IMG/VR virus record: IMGVR_UViG_3300038492_000072
Coordinates: 1 to 45,008 of that record
Strand: one strand, 5' to 3'
Length of the DNA: 45,008 bases
Source: a virus
Lineage: Duplodnaviria; Caudoviricetes
Positions 26,401 through 35,617 of this stretch are shown here, piece by piece. The position numbers were made by a program, and so were the translations under genes. Positions within the stretch are counted from its first letter, which is position 1. Each line of letters begins with the position of its first letter. The notes beneath the pieces are model-generated. The model had not been told where the DNA came from and ran no database searches. It worked only from the letters and a program-made list of their open reading frames with translations.

Positions 26401-27534
26401 GTCGGTATCAAAACCCGGCGTGTCTTTCGACACTTCTGGGTCAGCGTCCATTTTAAAAGAACCCACCTCGTCGGCGTTGTCTCCGGCCAAGAAGGCTTGC
26501 ATCACCTCGGGTTCGGTTTCCGCGCGCTTCAATACATCTTCGGGGCGCTCACCAGTTTTGACCCAGTGCTCTTGTAGCCGGTCGCTTACGTCTTTTACTT
26601 TTTTGCCGCCCAAGCCGACAGCGCCTTCACCAATTTTGACCCCGAGCATGATCGCGGCGGCCTTGCCGAAACTCTCGGCTGTCGGGAGTTCTCCCTCAAT
26701 CGCGCTTGCGGCTGTCACGGCTGCGGTCATCTCTGCTGTAGTTACGATGACCTCTCGGCCTATCGCATTGCTGACAGGTTTCGCTATGGCTTTCCGTGTG
26801 ATCGGCCCGGCGAAACTCGTGGCCGCGCCAGTGGCGGCGCCGAATTTGACACCCTCTAAAGTCTTGTCACTGAGCAGTGCTGCCGTCAGGTGGGCCGCGT
26901 ACTCACGGGGGGTCAGTCCCGATTTACCATCCGTGGACCGAAGAAACTCCATGTAGGCTTCGCGGGTGCCCTCAGTCACCGCGCCAGATGTCGCACCAGA
27001 TACACCAAGGGCAGTAATTGTACCCCCAACCGCACCGGCTGCTGTACCAGCACCAGGAACAACAGACCCGATTGCCGCACCGCCGCCAGCGAGTGGAGGC
27101 TCCACTGCGAAGAATGTGCCGACAAAAGCGGGCACGGATACAGGGAGGTCGCCCGCACCTTGCGCAAGAGCAAACCCTATCGTGTCCCAGATTTCTTCAT
27201 GCGCGCCAAACTCGTTTTCCGGCAATGACTGTCGGCTTGCGAGCCCTGACAGTGAAGACTGCCAACCGGCTTCCATTGCCTGCATGAAAGTTAAATTCTT
27301 GGGTTCGCCACCTTCGGCCGCTGGCGCCGACGCCTCTTGAACTCGCTGCCTCATGGCCCCAATTTGCGGAGACAGGTCGACCGGCCCCACACCGAAATAG
27401 TCGTCTATTTCAGTTTGAGTAGCGCCCAGAGATTTCATCTTTGCACGGGTGTGGTTTTCCCACTCTTGCATTTCTTCGGGAGAAGCACCCAACTCTTGCA
27501 TTTGAGCCAGGTTCTTTTGTCCAGGTGTAGGCAT
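23449..27534 (-). CDS. Large internal virion (ejection) protein, LPD38-like C-terminus
   Basis: 1361 aa, between the core genes and the fibres; DWEK.LFW...RIPMP...N.NMFTGKPLV...DHYIRSWGG. Confidence 0.8.
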   Translation of the reverse strand: MPTPGQKNLAQMQELGASPEEMQEWENHTRAKMKSLGATQTEIDDYFGVGPVDLSPQIGAMRQRVQEASAPAAEGGEPKNLTFMQAMEAGWQSSLSGLASRQSLPENEFGAHEEIWDTIGFALAQGAGDLPVSVPAFVGTFFAVEPPLAGGGAAIGSVVPGAGTAAGAVGGTITALGVSGATSGAVTEGTREAYMEFLRSTDGKSGLTPREYAAHLTAALLSDKTLEGVKFGAATGAATSFAGPITRKAIAKPVSNAIGREVIVTTAEMTAAVTAASAIEGELPTAESFGKAAAIMLGVKIGEGAVGLGGKKVKDVSDRLQEHWVKTGERPEDVLKRAETEPEVMQAFLAGDNADEVGSFKMDADPEVSKDTPGFDTDVDGDVVFIDGDELIFNPSTSDVEAAKNADTTHSAIVLAAKPGGSGGGKEPPPPAKKPSAEGGEEPKKLAAPEDPEMKRLRDLDDDVEAIKDRIVDVPEKKGLPDFDDFRYAFINDLQHAVSQSARAHKAETGRTLSIESNPGELARLAAGAHAKADLALKGGVFNDKGQKVGDSLKEIVEGVGKGNAEDFLAYLVAKRVVEKDGQGIETGFDVDGARNTVENIGRVDNRRSDFETQEVKLQGWLDSGVERLVRSGLMSKDRAESMIRQNMDYVPFMRLMDDGLPPAGASVRGLPVRNPVKKIKGSDRPILNPLDVIVKNRYTMEQLAENNLARKRVVDFNNSLDPDNQFLERVTPKEPAVPKGPEYTDFEVVPGQEVGFPKRRNELKKLADSDTELKNFMEENGLGPDDLTGMHVYRAAHKRLDKNEFIVFEDGNPVIYKAKDPRLILSLQSLDASSTNWLIKMGKVPSAMLRSGTVLFPEFMAKSFVRDNMSSLLMNSFKVVPVYDAIIGMKHVLKGAHSEKYVQWVNNGGANSALLDFDQRVLSKGALDDQVHQNLKTQAWNVATSPYRLAAYMSTGLENSMRVGQFIRSQKAGKSDQTAALRSRDVSLDFYRMGANIRALNMVSAWLGATINGMDRAVGAFKRDPRGTAMKAAAFVTLPSILLWWANHEEDWYKGIDDWEKALFWHFNVGTKKDPTIMRIPMPQQFGTWFGYVPTTVLDSYSKDNPDVVQDIGEEIVASLNPLTTATPVAISPFLEIGTNHNMFTGKPLVSRAQESVLPEYRYTPYTSDTAKQLAKLTGRYAGGVVNERYRTPIAMDHYIRSWGGTTGVFAVGLVDKGVRAAQKALGQDVVEKPEATLADIPVVKAFFTRVPAAQGHLTAFYENANRVDQIKRTIKKLEEQSKFDEADRLATQFGGLIIKTAPVRTALSEIQTVIHGVHYDPDMSAAEKRQLIDSLTYEMIDYAEFFNEEFAEIRKEDDQ

Positions 27535-29078
27535 TATTTTTCGCCTTTCAAGATTTTATCCCATTCTTCTGGAGACCGGGTTCGTCCCTCGGCTCGGTTC
27601 TTTCTAAACTCTGTTGGCCGGGTCCGTTGGTCGCGCCCAGCTTTTGGAGTGATCGGCTGACCTAGCCGGATATTTCTGCGAACTTCACGAACTTCCTCTT
27701 TCGTCCGGCCAAACTCGTGAAGTCGTGACATGATCGGACCATCCGATGCCCAGATTTCGTCTGGTGAAGTGCCGGTGTCTAGCAGTTTTTGACTTTCTCG
27801 TAAAGCCCACGCCTGGAAGTCAGAGAACTCTTGGCTGGCGACAGGGTTGCCGAGCGCGTCTTTCTCTGACAGGAGGTTCTTTGCTGACTGGAGCGCGGTG
27901 TTTTTAATCCGCTCGCCACTCTCCCCGTCCGGGCTAAACATGTTGTCATACCGCTTGAGTATGTGTTGCATGTCGGACACGCTAAGCCCCTTGCCGACCA
28001 TGTTCATGATCTCGGTCCGCGAAGGCCGGTTCTCATCTCCGGCAGGCAAACCGGCGCGAGACCACAGGTCATTGAAGACCCCTGGGTCAGTTTTAGGTGG
28101 GCCGCTTTTGCTGCCTTCACTCTGACTATCAATCATTACACGGACCATATTGAACATAGTGCGTTGCTGGTCTGACCCTTGTGGCGTGTCAAACCGGGGG
28201 TCATTCAAAAGCATTTTCAGTTGTTTGCTGCCTGCTTGGATTGATCCGTCTGGAGCGATCATGCTTTCCAGTACATCATTGGAGGCATTCTTAGCGGCGT
28301 CTTCAAGTGCGCGTCGGCTCTCTACTTCACGAGCCTTAATTGCGCTTTCCGCATGGTTTACGAGCGCCGCCTTACGGTCGCCAGTGATGAACTCATTGAA
28401 CCGTCCGGCCTCAATCTGTGCCTTAGCTGCGAACGGGTCCTGGTCGATCATACCCTGCGCTGCACTAACCGCCAGGTTCTCTTTCACCTTGCCGGTCATC
28501 TTGATCGCATTCTGGCGGCTGAGCCCACCCGACTGGATTAACCCCTCAAGCGCAGTGTCGACCATGCTCGCGGTGAACTCGAAACTCTCGGGCGAGGCAA
28601 CCACGGTCGACGACATGTGGTTAAACATTTCCTGCGCGTTTTCGACCGCTTGCACTCCGGCCAGGTCAGCTTGCCCCTGCGCGGTCGAAGTCATGAAGTG
28701 GGCCTGCATCCCGGCTGACATACGGTCGTAATATTGGCGGGCCTCTTTGGTGGTCGCCAATTCAGATATGTCTCCAAGTCGAGTTTGGATGTTGGTCGAC
28801 AGGAAGTCTTGCGCGATGTTGTCAAACTCAGGGTCGTTAGGGTCAGCCGTGCGCAGCTTCTCGCGCCACTCATTGGTGGCTTCGGCTTGCGCCAGCGCAA
28901 AAGCTGCGTTCATCTTAGAGATGTCGCTTTGGGTTTTCCGTTGCTCGATTGCCCCACCGAACTGCTCAAGTTCTTGGCCCAAGCCTTGAACAGCATTACC
29001 GATAATTCGTCCGGCACGATCCCCGTCCACAGGTCCGGGTAAGCGCGGGTTTGATTTGTAGGTTCTGATTTCAGGCAT
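27534..29078 (-). CDS. Internal virion protein
   Basis: 514 aa, helical, MPEIRTY start; synteny with podoviral core genes. Confidence 0.75.
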   Translation of the reverse strand: MPEIRTYKSNPRLPGPVDGDRAGRIIGNAVQGLGQELEQFGGAIEQRKTQSDISKMNAAFALAQAEATNEWREKLRTADPNDPEFDNIAQDFLSTNIQTRLGDISELATTKEARQYYDRMSAGMQAHFMTSTAQGQADLAGVQAVENAQEMFNHMSSTVVASPESFEFTASMVDTALEGLIQSGGLSRQNAIKMTGKVKENLAVSAAQGMIDQDPFAAKAQIEAGRFNEFITGDRKAALVNHAESAIKAREVESRRALEDAAKNASNDVLESMIAPDGSIQAGSKQLKMLLNDPRFDTPQGSDQQRTMFNMVRVMIDSQSEGSKSGPPKTDPGVFNDLWSRAGLPAGDENRPSRTEIMNMVGKGLSVSDMQHILKRYDNMFSPDGESGERIKNTALQSAKNLLSEKDALGNPVASQEFSDFQAWALRESQKLLDTGTSPDEIWASDGPIMSRLHEFGRTKEEVREVRRNIRLGQPITPKAGRDQRTRPTEFRKNRAEGRTRSPEEWDKILKGEK

Positions 29079-29086
29079 GTGTCACC

Positions 29087-29521
29087 TTAAAAGAATTTGC
29101 CGACCGCGCCCAGAATGCCGCCGACCGCACCAATTTTGCCAGCCGTCTTAGCCGCCCCCGCTTGCGCGTCGAATACCTCAGCTTCCAGGTTAGTGAGCCG
29201 TTTGATGTTCTGAGCGTCGAAAGCAATGTCCCTGGCGCTCTCTCGGAGCACGTCAGCGGCCGAACCACCCAAGGTAAGGCCCGAAGCCGCAAAGTCCGCC
29301 TTAGTGGCTCCTGTGGCTTTTATGCCCTCACGCTCTTGCAGGATACCCTCGATCCGGCCCCGTTCCCTGACCAACTGGGCATTTTGGGCCGCGCCCCGAG
29401 CAGTGGCGTCAGCCGATTTCTTTTTCCCAAAGCCGCCCAGCAGTGAACCGGCCGCCCCAATCACAGCCCCCAATAGCCCGTAATACATGCTGACATCGCC
29501 AGTGATAGTCGGGTCGATCAT
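29087..29521 (-). CDS. Internal virion protein (gp14-like)
   Basis: Gly/Ala-rich; G...A.FAASG....GSA.DVL motif. Confidence 0.75.
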   Translation of the reverse strand: MIDPTITGDVSMYYGLLGAVIGAAGSLLGGFGKKKSADATARGAAQNAQLVRERGRIEGILQEREGIKATGATKADFAASGLTLGGSAADVLRESARDIAFDAQNIKRLTNLEAEVFDAQAGAAKTAGKIGAVGGILGAVGKFF

Positions 29522-32500
29522 TATCTGTCCTCGCTCGAAATGAAGCCTGCCATAGCCAAGATAGTGCCCGGCGCCGGGGTATCTTGCTCGATTGTGATTT
29601 CGTTGTCAAAGTCAGTCTTGCTTTCCAGTGTATCGTGATAGACCCCAGAAAACAATGGCCTAGACCCGTTGCTTGCAGGTTCGGTAAATACGTGCACATA
29701 GCTGTTGGTGAAATCCGTGCCAAACTTCATAGGCCCAGAACGGTTAACAAGCGCGGCAAACTGCTCAATACGGCGCAGTTTACCCAAGGCAGGACCGTTG
29801 CGGGTGCCCGCGTTTTCGTCCGGCCGGAGCAACTGTGCTTTTGCAGGCATGTTTAGCCCGATGATTGCATCAAACCCTTCGCCGGTTAGCTCCAGGGTCT
29901 TGGTCTCTACCGCGTATGTACCGGCGCGCGCGAACACCATCCGCTGGTTCACCGGCGACGTGTCATATTGCAACGCTGCATAAAGTGTGCTGGTCTCACG
30001 ATCCCACACCATAAACACGTCGTTTGCAAAAGTGTCTGAGCCTACGCCCAAATCTGTTTGCATGTCATAAAGTTCAATTGTGTCGACCGACAACTGCACG
30101 CCCTTTAGTGCGTAGGGGTCCCACTCAAAAACTCGCAACACGATTTTATCACCAGCGTCGTCGCTCCTAAACAACTTCGGCCAAAAGATCAGCCAAGGTT
30201 TGGTCAAATCTGTTAAATCTGTGGGGTATACGGACGGGTTCATGTAGTCGTCTAAATCGCTCCCTGTTTCACCAGCAGAGTTTAGCCCGACGTCCGAAAA
30301 GGGCATAACATCAACACCATTTTCGTCCACGAACCGACAGTTCATGACACTCACGTTGTTGAATTGTGGGACCCACACATCGTATAATAAGTCACCACTG
30401 TCAGGATGTGTTAAGTTTTGTTGAAATTCTGTTTGCATCCGTATCCCGGCAATAAACCCATCAGGATAGTTGACACCATGCGTTTGTATAAACGTATTGG
30501 CCGGAGACGGACTACCATTCACTTGTTCGTTAATAGTCTCTTTGTCTACATACGAACAAACCAAGAAAGCATTCGTTGTTGCGTCCGGCAAAAAGAAAGC
30601 GCGGTTTCTGCGCGGCAGTGGGCTAGACCCCAAGTCCGCATTCCAGAAACTCGAACCAAGTGTGCTTTCTAACGACACATATTTTAAGTCCCATAGGGCA
30701 TCTCTTACAGTGGTGTTCAAACTTTCTGTAGTTCGTACAAACCCGTCTTGGGTAAGAAAATCATCCCGTATGGCTAGATCAGCATTCGGAGTGGCTATCA
30801 TCCTAACAAACGGATCGGCCGTTCCATCTCCACTAGTGCTGTCGTTAACAGCAATTGGGAATTGCACATTACCAGCAATGTTCACGCCTTCATACGTACA
30901 TGCAATAACTTGTGATGGTTGACCGGCTTTTTGTATGGTTGCCGGACCAGCACCTTCAATTAGTCCGCGCTTAAATTCAATCGTACCAGATGTATTTACA
31001 GTGTACCAAGCATAATACCAAAACAGGTCTCCACCATTCTGCTCATTCATAAGGATACAGAAGTGTGGAGTTTCTGGCGATGCAAAAGCAGTAGCAAATG
31101 TGGCTACGTCTGGATCAACCTGGCTGATTGCAGGAAGCCGATTAGCTAAATCAACCCTCATTTCATCTTGCGTCAAGCTCAATACCGCGCCATCACTTAA
31201 CCTAAGCAGGCGAACGGTGCTGCTGGAGCCCGAACTTTTCGACATGACGTATAATTCGTCATCCAGTCCGCGAATGAGGTTGCCATTATAAACCGGATCA
31301 ACTGCGGACCCGCCGATGTCAGTCGCATCTACATCTGAAATATAGCCGGTGTTAAAAGTCAGCCCTGCTTCATACACGCGCGTTACCGTCCCGGTTGAAG
31401 TTGCTCCGGCCAAGGTAAGCAATTCCTCGCCGATCACTGTGGTAACAATGCCGTCAGTTACAATGAATTGCCCCAGGTGCCTGCCACGCCACACGAGTTC
31501 CACGCTGTCGCCCTCAAGGTGCCACAAACCATAGAACTTAAATGTGTTAGAGGCGGCGTCCGACATTTCCCATGTTGATCCATAGTCAGAAGGTTGATAC
31601 CCGATCCCGCTGTCTACAAACCACGCTTCGGTCTCTGCCTGGCTCTCATCGAATATACGCTCCAAAACTTCAACACAGTAAGCGCCATTCCGCTCAGCCA
31701 CAATCCACAGCGTATCATTGCGGCTTTCGTCCACGTCCGATAGCGGGGCGACCGTGATCGACCGCAGCACCCCATTCGCAGCCGAACGGTTTGGGTCGTC
31801 GACCGAGTTGATGTTGTGTTTGTGCCAAGCTACCTGCTCGCCGTCCTCGTCATTGCGGTATCCGCACGCCACAAGATGGTTGTCGGTAGTCCGCCCCCAG
31901 ACTATCGGAACCGGCACTTGAGAGTATGCCACTTCGGTCAACCCCTGGGAAATCAAGTGGCGGCCCTTACGGGAGATGTTGCGGCCCCCGTATTTCACCT
32001 CATTAATTTGAGTGTGTTCCCGTAACACATTTTGCAATGACTGGATGAACACGACCGAACTTTCTGTCTCCACTGGCAAAGCAGTCGACGACCCAAACTT
32101 CGACACGCGCCGAGCCTGGATGCTGGTGGGCGTGATAGGGTCATCAAACGTCGAGGCGCGGACCACCCACTCTCTCGTTTCTGTCCCGGCCAAGAGGCTC
32201 GCTTCCTGCGAAACCAGCCAGTTGATGCTGTTGCGCCCAGTGCTGTTAAAGACAGCCGCGACCGCGTTATCGTCAGCCACGGTCCCGTCGTTAGCTGCCG
32301 GCTCAAAGTTTAAGGTGTCAAGCACCTTCGACCCATCCACGCGCGCGGTTTGTGCGCCCGACGCCAACATCAAACGAGCCTCGTGGAACGCCCCACAAGT
32401 CGGCCAGCCGGTCGTGTCTGAATAGAGGCCCAAGCGCCATAGAGCCGTGGCTGACCCCGAAGCAAGGGCCGTGCCGCTAACGGTAGCTGTCACGACTGTG

Positions 32501-33462
32501 GTGCTGGTGTAAGCCGTTATGGTCAACCAGGACCAGTCTGGCGCGCTCGCTGAGCCGGAGTTAACTCGTATCAGGCGCCCGATGTCCGTCTCTTGGAAAC
32601 CAGACCCGCCGTTAATGCCAGTGATTGCAGATGCCGTTACCGTCACTGACCCGGATGTGCCGGAGAACGCGAGCGTTGTGGCCGTCGTGTTTTGGTCGAG
32701 ATATGGTCCATCATCAAAAGTGACAGTTGCTATAGACAAATCACTACCGTCAATGCGACGGGGTTCGTGGTTGCCATGGAACAGGTATAGGTATTCTTGA
32801 TCTTGTGCATATTTGATGTCGGGTATCTCTGCATCCGTGTACGGAGCAGACCGCTCTAAAATCTGGCTGACCGTACCGCCATGCCAACAGATGTCTGCCC
32901 CATTCACGTCGTTAGGGGCGGTATCTATGTTGATGCCCACATCGCTGTTGTCGAGTTCGGCACCACGAACTCCACCATCATATTCTATAGAAAAGTTGTC
33001 GCTATCAATCACTGTGATGATGAATTGAGAATGCAGTAGGACATTGGCGCCCGTACTGTCAGTAGGGCTAAACACAACGTAGTCATCATCGGACAGGCCG
33101 TGGCTTGGTGCATTTACTACAGCCGGACTTGCATCGCTGATTGCATCCACGGTTATTGGGCTGCCGGTCACAAAAATGGCACCTGCATTATAGAACCGAA
33201 TGGCGCCCGCAGTTAGTTCTAAGACGTAGGTTTCTCCGTTGTCGGCACGAAACGGAACCAATTTGATATTCCCTTCATGGACGCGGGCATGGCTCACGAA
33301 CCGCGTGCCCGGCCGACGAACAAGCGCCCCTTCATCCATGGGAAAGAAATTCTCACACAGTTTCAAGGCTTGATAATATTGGTCAGTGTTTGAGTGGCCC
33401 TGCGAAAAGGGTGCCCATTCACCTTCACGGAATGAGGTCTGTGAAAAACTCGCGCGTCCCAT
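29521..33462 (-). CDS. Tail tubular protein B / nozzle with a large insertion
   Basis: SQTSFREGE, GALVRRPGTRFV, GWPTCGAFHEARL, VAWHKH, WFVDSG, WHLEG; 1313 aa; TAATG-coupled start. Confidence 0.88.
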   Translation of the reverse strand: MGRASFSQTSFREGEWAPFSQGHSNTDQYYQALKLCENFFPMDEGALVRRPGTRFVSHARVHEGNIKLVPFRADNGETYVLELTAGAIRFYNAGAIFVTGSPITVDAISDASPAVVNAPSHGLSDDDYVVFSPTDSTGANVLLHSQFIITVIDSDNFSIEYDGGVRGAELDNSDVGINIDTAPNDVNGADICWHGGTVSQILERSAPYTDAEIPDIKYAQDQEYLYLFHGNHEPRRIDGSDLSIATVTFDDGPYLDQNTTATTLAFSGTSGSVTVTASAITGINGGSGFQETDIGRLIRVNSGSASAPDWSWLTITAYTSTTVVTATVSGTALASGSATALWRLGLYSDTTGWPTCGAFHEARLMLASGAQTARVDGSKVLDTLNFEPAANDGTVADDNAVAAVFNSTGRNSINWLVSQEASLLAGTETREWVVRASTFDDPITPTSIQARRVSKFGSSTALPVETESSVVFIQSLQNVLREHTQINEVKYGGRNISRKGRHLISQGLTEVAYSQVPVPIVWGRTTDNHLVACGYRNDEDGEQVAWHKHNINSVDDPNRSAANGVLRSITVAPLSDVDESRNDTLWIVAERNGAYCVEVLERIFDESQAETEAWFVDSGIGYQPSDYGSTWEMSDAASNTFKFYGLWHLEGDSVELVWRGRHLGQFIVTDGIVTTVIGEELLTLAGATSTGTVTRVYEAGLTFNTGYISDVDATDIGGSAVDPVYNGNLIRGLDDELYVMSKSSGSSSTVRLLRLSDGAVLSLTQDEMRVDLANRLPAISQVDPDVATFATAFASPETPHFCILMNEQNGGDLFWYYAWYTVNTSGTIEFKRGLIEGAGPATIQKAGQPSQVIACTYEGVNIAGNVQFPIAVNDSTSGDGTADPFVRMIATPNADLAIRDDFLTQDGFVRTTESLNTTVRDALWDLKYVSLESTLGSSFWNADLGSSPLPRRNRAFFLPDATTNAFLVCSYVDKETINEQVNGSPSPANTFIQTHGVNYPDGFIAGIRMQTEFQQNLTHPDSGDLLYDVWVPQFNNVSVMNCRFVDENGVDVMPFSDVGLNSAGETGSDLDDYMNPSVYPTDLTDLTKPWLIFWPKLFRSDDAGDKIVLRVFEWDPYALKGVQLSVDTIELYDMQTDLGVGSDTFANDVFMVWDRETSTLYAALQYDTSPVNQRMVFARAGTYAVETKTLELTGEGFDAIIGLNMPAKAQLLRPDENAGTRNGPALGKLRRIEQFAALVNRSGPMKFGTDFTNSYVHVFTEPASNGSRPLFSGVYHDTLESKTDFDNEITIEQDTPAPGTILAMAGFISSEDR

Positions 33463-34037
33463 TAGCCGATCCTCGTGTGTATCCACTCATCAACTTCACT
33501 TTCAGTCGGTCCACGGATAATCGCATCAACCGACCGTGCTTTAGTGATATGAAAAGTGTAAGCGGACTCCAAGCTGTCTTTTTTAGAGTTCGACCCAGTC
33601 AACTTCTCACATATCTCGATAGCAATGCGGGCGGCCAAAGCTTCGACAAACAATGGGCTAAACGTCTGTTCACTCACCGCGCTGCTAACATAGCGCAGTT
33701 GCAGCGGACCGACATCATTAGTCAGGACTTTTGTTCCTTCCCACAAAATGTCGGACGGAAAGTGGCTAATGTCGGGGTCTATGGGCGCTGGCCGAATAAA
33801 GTCGGCTGGTAATTGGTACTGGTTATCCCGGCCGAACGCAGGCGCCGTCGACATCGCCGCGATAGATACTCGCTCGATGGAGAAGCGCCAGACATTGGTT
33901 TCGAGTTCCGCATTTTTGACGAACTCGTAACAAGCGTCGATTTCATTTGACCGATCCGAATTTTCATTAAAGTCTACAATACGACGCTGACCAATTTTCT
34001 GGAGTGCCCGGTTGGCAATTTGAACTTTACTAGCCAT
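33462..34037 (-). CDS. Tail tubular protein A / adaptor
   Basis: IANRALQKIG...WRF...YQLPADFIR...FSPLFVEALAARIA. Confidence 0.88.
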   Translation of the reverse strand: MASKVQIANRALQKIGQRRIVDFNENSDRSNEIDACYEFVKNAELETNVWRFSIERVSIAAMSTAPAFGRDNQYQLPADFIRPAPIDPDISHFPSDILWEGTKVLTNDVGPLQLRYVSSAVSEQTFSPLFVEALAARIAIEICEKLTGSNSKKDSLESAYTFHITKARSVDAIIRGPTESEVDEWIHTRIG

Positions 34038-34071
34038 GGCCAAGGTTCCTGATTTTTAGTTGTGTGGTCAA

Positions 34072-34383
34072 TTAGTCGTCACCGCACCTTACGGCCGTAA
34101 CATACAAACCGGAAGGTGATCCGCCCCCAGATGATACAAAAGCACGGATGGTGGAGCCTGGCGCGACATAGGCTGCTAATTGTAAGTCAGATGTGAAAGA
34201 CGCACCTTTAATCGGTACATAAGTTGAAGCGTCAGCACCAAGTTTTTGTACCGTTACAGTCTCACCATCAAAAGTGCCAAGGGCTTCAAATTCATAGACG
34301 CCACCCATGTGGATTTTTGACCCACTTCCAGTGGCACTGGCATTGCTAAGCAGTGTGACTTTTTCGTCTCTAGCTTTACCCAT
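34072..34383 (-). CDS. Small virion protein
   Basis: Beta-rich ORF in the late operon; SD GGGGA. Confidence 0.7.
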   Translation of the reverse strand: MGKARDEKVTLLSNASATGSGSKIHMGGVYEFEALGTFDGETVTVQKLGADASTYVPIKGASFTSDLQLAAYVAPGSTIRAFVSSGGGSPSGLYVTAVRCGDD

Positions 34384-34392
34384 GGGTGTCCC

Positions 34393-34578
34393 CTAAATTG
34401 AATTGAAGCCGCCGTCCTGCAACACCGCTTCTTTGATCCGTTCTAGCGCGATCACGATGTCTTTTTTCGTAACCCCAACTGCGTCGTCAACAATAAGTTC
34501 GATGTCAAGGCCGGTGGTGGAAGTGTCGACCGTCGCTTTGCTCTGGCCCTTATCTACTCCATAAAACCGATCTGCCAT
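34393..34578 (-). CDS. Small hypothetical (virion) protein, 61 aa
   Basis: SD CAGGA before MADRFYGVDKG. Confidence 0.65.
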   Translation of the reverse strand: MADRFYGVDKGQSKATVDTSTTGLDIELIVDDAVGVTKKDIVIALERIKEAVLQDGGFNSI

Positions 34579-34720
34579 GATGATTTCCTGTTCAAAGTTG
34601 TTTGCCATAAATAGCATCTCATTTAATGCTATTGGGAGGCCATGTGTCAAGGGCTGTTCATGTTTGCGGGCTTTTCTTAGGGCACGCTTACATTTTACCC
34701 GTATGCGTTTCTGGCCGCGA

Positions 34721-34837
34721 TTATACGGCGTCAAGAAAGGTGTTCAAATCTGTTAGTGCTGTTTGCACCGCCGCCGTGTCAGTTAGTATGGTTTGAAGCG
34801 CCGTGGCGATAGCTTGAAGTTTTTGCAAAAGTGTCAT
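34721..34837 (-). CDS. 38-aa amphipathic/coiled-coil peptide
   Basis: SD GGAG; MTLLQKLQAIATALQTILTDTAAVQTALTDLNTFLDAV. Confidence 0.55.
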   Translation of the reverse strand: MTLLQKLQAIATALQTILTDTAAVQTALTDLNTFLDAV

Positions 34838-34855
34838 GTCAGTCTCCAAATTAGG

Positions 34856-35039
34856 TGCCCGGCCCCGTCTGGTCTGACCACATAAGTGGCATTAGCTTCC
34901 GGGGCCGGGCGGACAGGCCACCCCCTGATTATCCCGCTCGCCATGTCGCCGAGTGGCGCGTAGGGTTGCAGTGCTGATCAAGGGGTGGCGGGCCTGCTTT
35001 ACGCCTCCCGGCGCGTTGGGCTCCCGCCCGCAGCAGGTA
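34856..35039 (-). ncRNA. Highly structured intergenic RNA (three consecutive domains)
   Basis: Stems CCTGC/GCAGG, GCCACCCCTTGAT/ATCAGGGGGTGGC and GCCCGGCCCC/GGGGCCGGGC fill ~185 non-coding nt. Confidence 0.5.
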
Positions 35040-35561
35040 TTAAACAGCTACGTATTGCACCTTCACAGTGATGCTGGTAGGACCACCAGCGAACACCTCA
35101 GAGATGTCAATCGCAAGGAACAAATCCTCGTGTGGGTCTTCGCTCAAACCAAGAGCCTGCCAAAGTGGTTGAATGCTTTCAGCATGCGTGATCTGGGCAT
35201 AGTCGATGACTTCCACGAATGCGCTAGTAGCGGCACCGCCGTCGTCAAAGTCGTAAGCCGCAGCGAAGAAATCCGCATCGCCGTTGGTATAGACGTAATC
35301 ATTGGATGATTTGTCAAAACGGGCGATACCGAAGTTGCCTTGACCGGTAGTCGACGCCTCAGCATGACGAACTTTGATGCTGGTTACGCGAGCGTTTGAA
35401 GGCAGAGCGCAGATAATCAAGTTGTCAGATGCCGATTGGTCGGCGGCCGGAGTTACGATTGCGATGGTTTCCTTGAGCACAGCACCGTCACGGCGGGCGT
35501 CGGTACGCACAGAAGGCGTGGCATCGCGGTTAGTGATTAAGTCAGAAAGAACAGAAGCCAT
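35040..35561 (-). CDS. Capsid decoration/minor capsid protein
   Basis: Directly follows the MCP; LPSNARV...LWQALGLSEDP...QYV. Confidence 0.75.
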   Translation of the reverse strand: MASVLSDLITNRDATPSVRTDARRDGAVLKETIAIVTPAADQSASDNLIICALPSNARVTSIKVRHAEASTTGQGNFGIARFDKSSNDYVYTNGDADFFAAAYDFDDGGAATSAFVEVIDYAQITHAESIQPLWQALGLSEDPHEDLFLAIDISEVFAGGPTSITVKVQYVAV

Positions 35562-35593
35562 TGTCTAATCCTCGTTTGTGTTTCGTCAGTATA

Positions 35594-35616
35594 AGGAGGG
35601 GCCGAAGCCCCTACCT
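35594..35616 (-). terminator. UUCG hairpin after MCP (weak terminator/stabiliser)
   Basis: Minus strand AGGGGC-TTCG-GCCCCT immediately after the stop; poor U-tract. Confidence 0.5.
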
Positions 35617-35617
35617 A

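Noticed and set aside
34856-35039. Hammerhead or other known self-cleaving ribozyme
   Set aside because: No complete CUGANGA/GAAA core could be assembled on either strand by eye.
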